The notes beneath the pieces are model-generated. The model did not search any database. It had not been told where the DNA came from and was given only the letters and a program-made list of their open reading frames with translations. A stretch of 64,000 nucleotides of DNA from assembly GCF_009914755.1 (NCBI RefSeq), contig NC_060929.1; one strand, written 5' to 3'. This document shows, in pieces, positions 59,460 through 64,000 of the stretch. Made by a program: the position numbers and the translations under genes. Every line of letters starts with the position of its first letter. The stretch's first letter is position 1. Source of the stretch: the human T2T-CHM13v2.0 reference genome, Homo sapiens.

Positions 59460-60243
59460 CTAGTTCAAGACAGAACAAGAAGGAGATGGAGTTAGTGCTT
59501 TGGCCTCTCTTGGCAATGGCCCACCTGCATAAGCCAAACCCCATTCCTCATACCCTCAGCCTGTCAATCCCTGACCACGATCCCTGCCCATCCTCCATCC
59601 TTCTCCTCTAGTAGAAAACTCTTTAAAGCCCCTCTGAAAGCTCTGTAGCATTCCTCTCTCACTTGACACCCTCCCCTTTTCCATTTCCTCTGGTTCTCTG
59701 GGCTGAGAATCCTGTTCTAGGCATGGAAAAAGCAAGGGAGGACTTGAAGGCCTCAGCTAGATATGTTCCACGTGTGGCTGATTTATGACATGTGTGTTCA
59801 GGCGTTCTGTTTAAGCCACTTATGAGGGCTTGGGCACAAGAGCTGGTAGGCTAAATTGAGGGAATTCGTATCACTCCCTCCAGTGAGGCCCCTCAACATT
59901 CTGACCCAGAAATAAACCCAGCCTTCCCCATCGTGCTTCCAGCGTCCAGTCCCTCTCCACTGCTGTCCAGCCTATTAATAGGCCCTGTGCCTCTGCCAGG
60001 AGTCGTTTTTCTCAAGTTTCCTTCATTTAACTCCAGCTCCCCCTGGGTGCAGGGCCCAACTTGGGAGCTCAACTCTGGCCTTTGGCCTCTGCACGCTGAG
60101 CTACCAGGCCTCTTTCATCACAGGACAAACCAAACAAATCAAGAAACATCTTTCTGCCCAGCTGCCCTGCCAGAGCATGGAAGACTGTCAGAAACAATCC
60201 CTTGGCTCTTCTCACTCAAGAAATAAATCACATGGCAACTGCC

Positions 60244-60564
60244 TTTTCTTTTTCTTTTTCTTTTTTTTTTTTTTTTTTTGAGACAGAGTCTTGCTCTGTC
60301 TCCCAGGCTGGAGTGCAGTGGCGCAATCTTGGCTCACTGCAACCCCTACCTCCGGATTCAAGTGATTCTCCTGCCCCAGCCTCCCAAGTAGCTGGGATTA
60401 CAGGTGCCCGCCACCACGCCCAGCTAATTTTTGTAATTTTTTAGAAGAGACGGAGTTTCACCATGTTAACTAGGCTGGTCTCGAACTCCTGACCTCAGGT
60501 GATCCACCCGCCTCTGCCTCCCAATGTGCAAGGATTACAGGCATGAGCCACCACACCGGGCTGG
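60244..60564 (-). mobile_element. AluS in HBEGF intron 3
   Basis: TSD tggcaactgccttttct. Confidence 0.92.
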
Positions 60565-61309
60565 CAACTGCCTTTTCTAACACAAAGCATTTCCTTGAAG
60601 CTCTTAGAAAGACTCAGACGTGCTTACAGTTGAAGAAGCACATTCACATCCTTTCCTTTATCTGAGCATCCCAGAGATCCTTTGATATAAGTAGGAGCCC
60701 TGTTTTACAGAAAGGTGGAGTGGTTTTCCCAAGGTCACACAGTAAGACAGAAATGAAGATGTAGATGTAGATTGTCTGACTCTGAGCTCAGTGTGCTGCC
60801 CACTCACACCTGACAACTGCCTACCATCCAGCCAGGGGGCACAGTGGCACTGTCTGCCTGAGGACTTTAGACCACCAGCTGCTGAAGGAAGCACCAAGAA
60901 CCTGGTGGCCCTCTTTTCTGAGCTGTGCTTTCTCTGGGAAGGAGGTGCTTTCTCTGGTACCTCAGAACAAGGAATCCCTTCTTCCTGCGGACAGAGCACC
61001 AGGGAAGCTCCAAGAGACAGACTTGTCCACAACCAGCAGTGGCAGAGGGGCCAGGCTGGGTGGTACTGCATTCTTGCTTTCCTGCCCTGAGCCTCTCCCT
61101 GCCCTAGTTCCTCCTGGGTACTTCGAGAAACCACCTCACAGCAGGATAAATGTAGGTCAGGCCCACTATACGTATAGCACAGTCCACAGTTCCTTGCCCA
61201 GCCTCTCCATGTATCTGTCCCATCAGCCCATGTAGGCCTAAAAGCGACCCCTATCCTGCCAGGACATAGAGGACACTTGCACAAGCACCCCTGGAAAATC
61301 ACTTGTGCA

Positions 61310-62550
61310 CAGCAGTTTACCATTCACAAGCCACTAGCCTTATCTACTAGCTCAACTGAGCCTCCTAACATTCTGGTAGGCAGGTACAACCCCATATTAC
61401 AGATGGAAAAGCTAAGATTAAGGGTCAGAGAAATTAAGTGATTCACCAAAAGTGGCACAACTAGGAAGCAGCAGGGCTAAGACTAGGAACAAGTCTTGGC
61501 AGATTCCAAATTCATCATTCCTTCCACTTTGAACAATGCAGGATAGCGCAGGTAACTCCAAGGAAGCATATCTGATAGGCTCCTGGGGGGCAGTCTGACC
61601 CTTCTCTCTGACTATGTTATTATTATTTATTACTCATAACTTGAATAATAAAGAATAATAATTAGCAATCATTGAAGGCTTACCATGAGCCAAGTACTTT
61701 GTGCTAACTGCTTTACAAGAATTATTTCATTTAAAGCCAGCTCTGTGAAGGAGAAGTTACTAGCCCCATTTTAAAGATGGACTGAGGCTTAGCTTTTGTT
61801 AAACACCTCGCCCAAGGTTACAAAGCTAGTGAGTCGTAGAGCCAGGATTCAACAGCAGTCTGGATGACTTCAGAGACTTTGCTTTCCTGGGAGGAGGGAA
61901 GCTGAAGTTGAGTCTGTTTTTCACTTCCAGTCCATCATTCAAACTCCACAGGTAGTTACTCAGAAGATAGAAATAAAGTTTGGCCTCAGAGTCCCGCAAT
62001 TCAGTTACATAATCCCTCCACCCCGACCCTGAGTCAAAAGGATAATAATGTAAACATCCTAATATTACCTACCTCCCCCTCCCTTTGCAGACAACTCCTG
62101 GCTTCCCCAGAGAAGGAGGGGGGATGAGTACATTCCAAGCATCCCAGGGTAGGGGCAAAATTTTGTGTCTTGTCCAGAGCCAGCCACCCACCAGACTAGG
62201 ACACATTCTTCCCACCCACGTCTGTGACCCATTTCAGAACTTGTATTACAACAGATGCAAGAACCCTCTAGGGTCCAGAGACATCTTCCAAACTGGATTT
62301 CTCCACCTTTACCCCAGGAGGTGGAGGGGACACGTCTGGATGGAGGAGACTGAGTGCATGAGTTCCAGACTTGTTCTGCTGCTATTTCTAGCCAGGTAAT
62401 TTTGGGCAAGTCACGTTACCTTTCTAAACATTGGTTTCCTCATGTAAAACACAGGGATAAGAAATGCCTACTTCACTAGAGTATTGTGAAAAGATAAAAT
62501 GAGGTAATACAAATGAAAGGGCTTTATAAAGGCCAAGTCCCACATTGTGT
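61310..62550. mobile_element. MIR fragments (~61310-61520, 61660-61880, 62340-62550)
   Basis: MIR core motifs (cccatattacagatggaaaagctaaga; ttgggcaagtcac...tttcctcatgtaaaa). Confidence 0.7.
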
Positions 62551-62812
62551 GAGTTATTACATAATCAGACTCCAGAGGTTACTGCCCATGGCCTGAGGAA
62601 TGGGGCACCCAAGTCAGATGGAGACAAGAGAAGCGGGATCACCATTCCTTCTTAGCACCTGGGCAGTGAGGCCAAGTAGAGCCCCCTAGCCTGTCTCTCC
62701 TCCAGCTCTGAGTCCTCCTCAGCCCAAGTGTCCCCAGTTTTCCTCCAGCCACAGGAAACTCTGCAGCCAATTTCTGGGTAGGCAACTAGTCAGGAATCCC
62801 AGGAAACTACTC

Positions 62813-64000
<1,188 letters not shown>

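Noticed and set aside
60658-61323. Longest ORF (221 aa, minus strand) in HBEGF intron 3
   Set aside because: No recognisable domain, partly overlaps MIR-like sequence, and has no exon-like boundaries. Consistent with chance in GC-richer DNA; Ribo-seq or PhyloCSF would be needed to rescue it.

Overview
Primate genomic DNA, almost certainly the human PFDN1-HBEGF locus (5q31.3 from recall). It is GC-moderate and very Alu-dense, with roughly 55-60 Alu segments by manual count plus L1, L2, MIR, MaLR-LTR and MER remnants. Two protein-coding genes lie on the minus strand. PFDN1 (prefoldin subunit 1) contributes its CpG/NRF1/YY1 promoter and exons 1-3; exon 4 is off the left edge. HBEGF (heparin-binding EGF-like growth factor / diphtheria toxin receptor) contributes exons 4-6 with a 3'UTR rich in AREs and miRNA sites; exons 1-3 are off the right edge. 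All exon boundaries were read directly and are GT-AG with consistent phases. Almost every ORF in the supplied track is Alu-derived or chance. I find no convincing novel protein-coding system. The best leads are non-coding and all need experimental or comparative checks: a PU.1/IRF composite-site cluster and an adjacent perfect 16-bp ETS palindrome in PFDN1 intron 2; a 9.5-kb Alu desert containing a well-formed candidate poison exon; candidate exons of a plus-strand transcript divergent from the PFDN1 promoter; dense motif clusters in HBEGF intron 3; and several Alu rearrangement scars.
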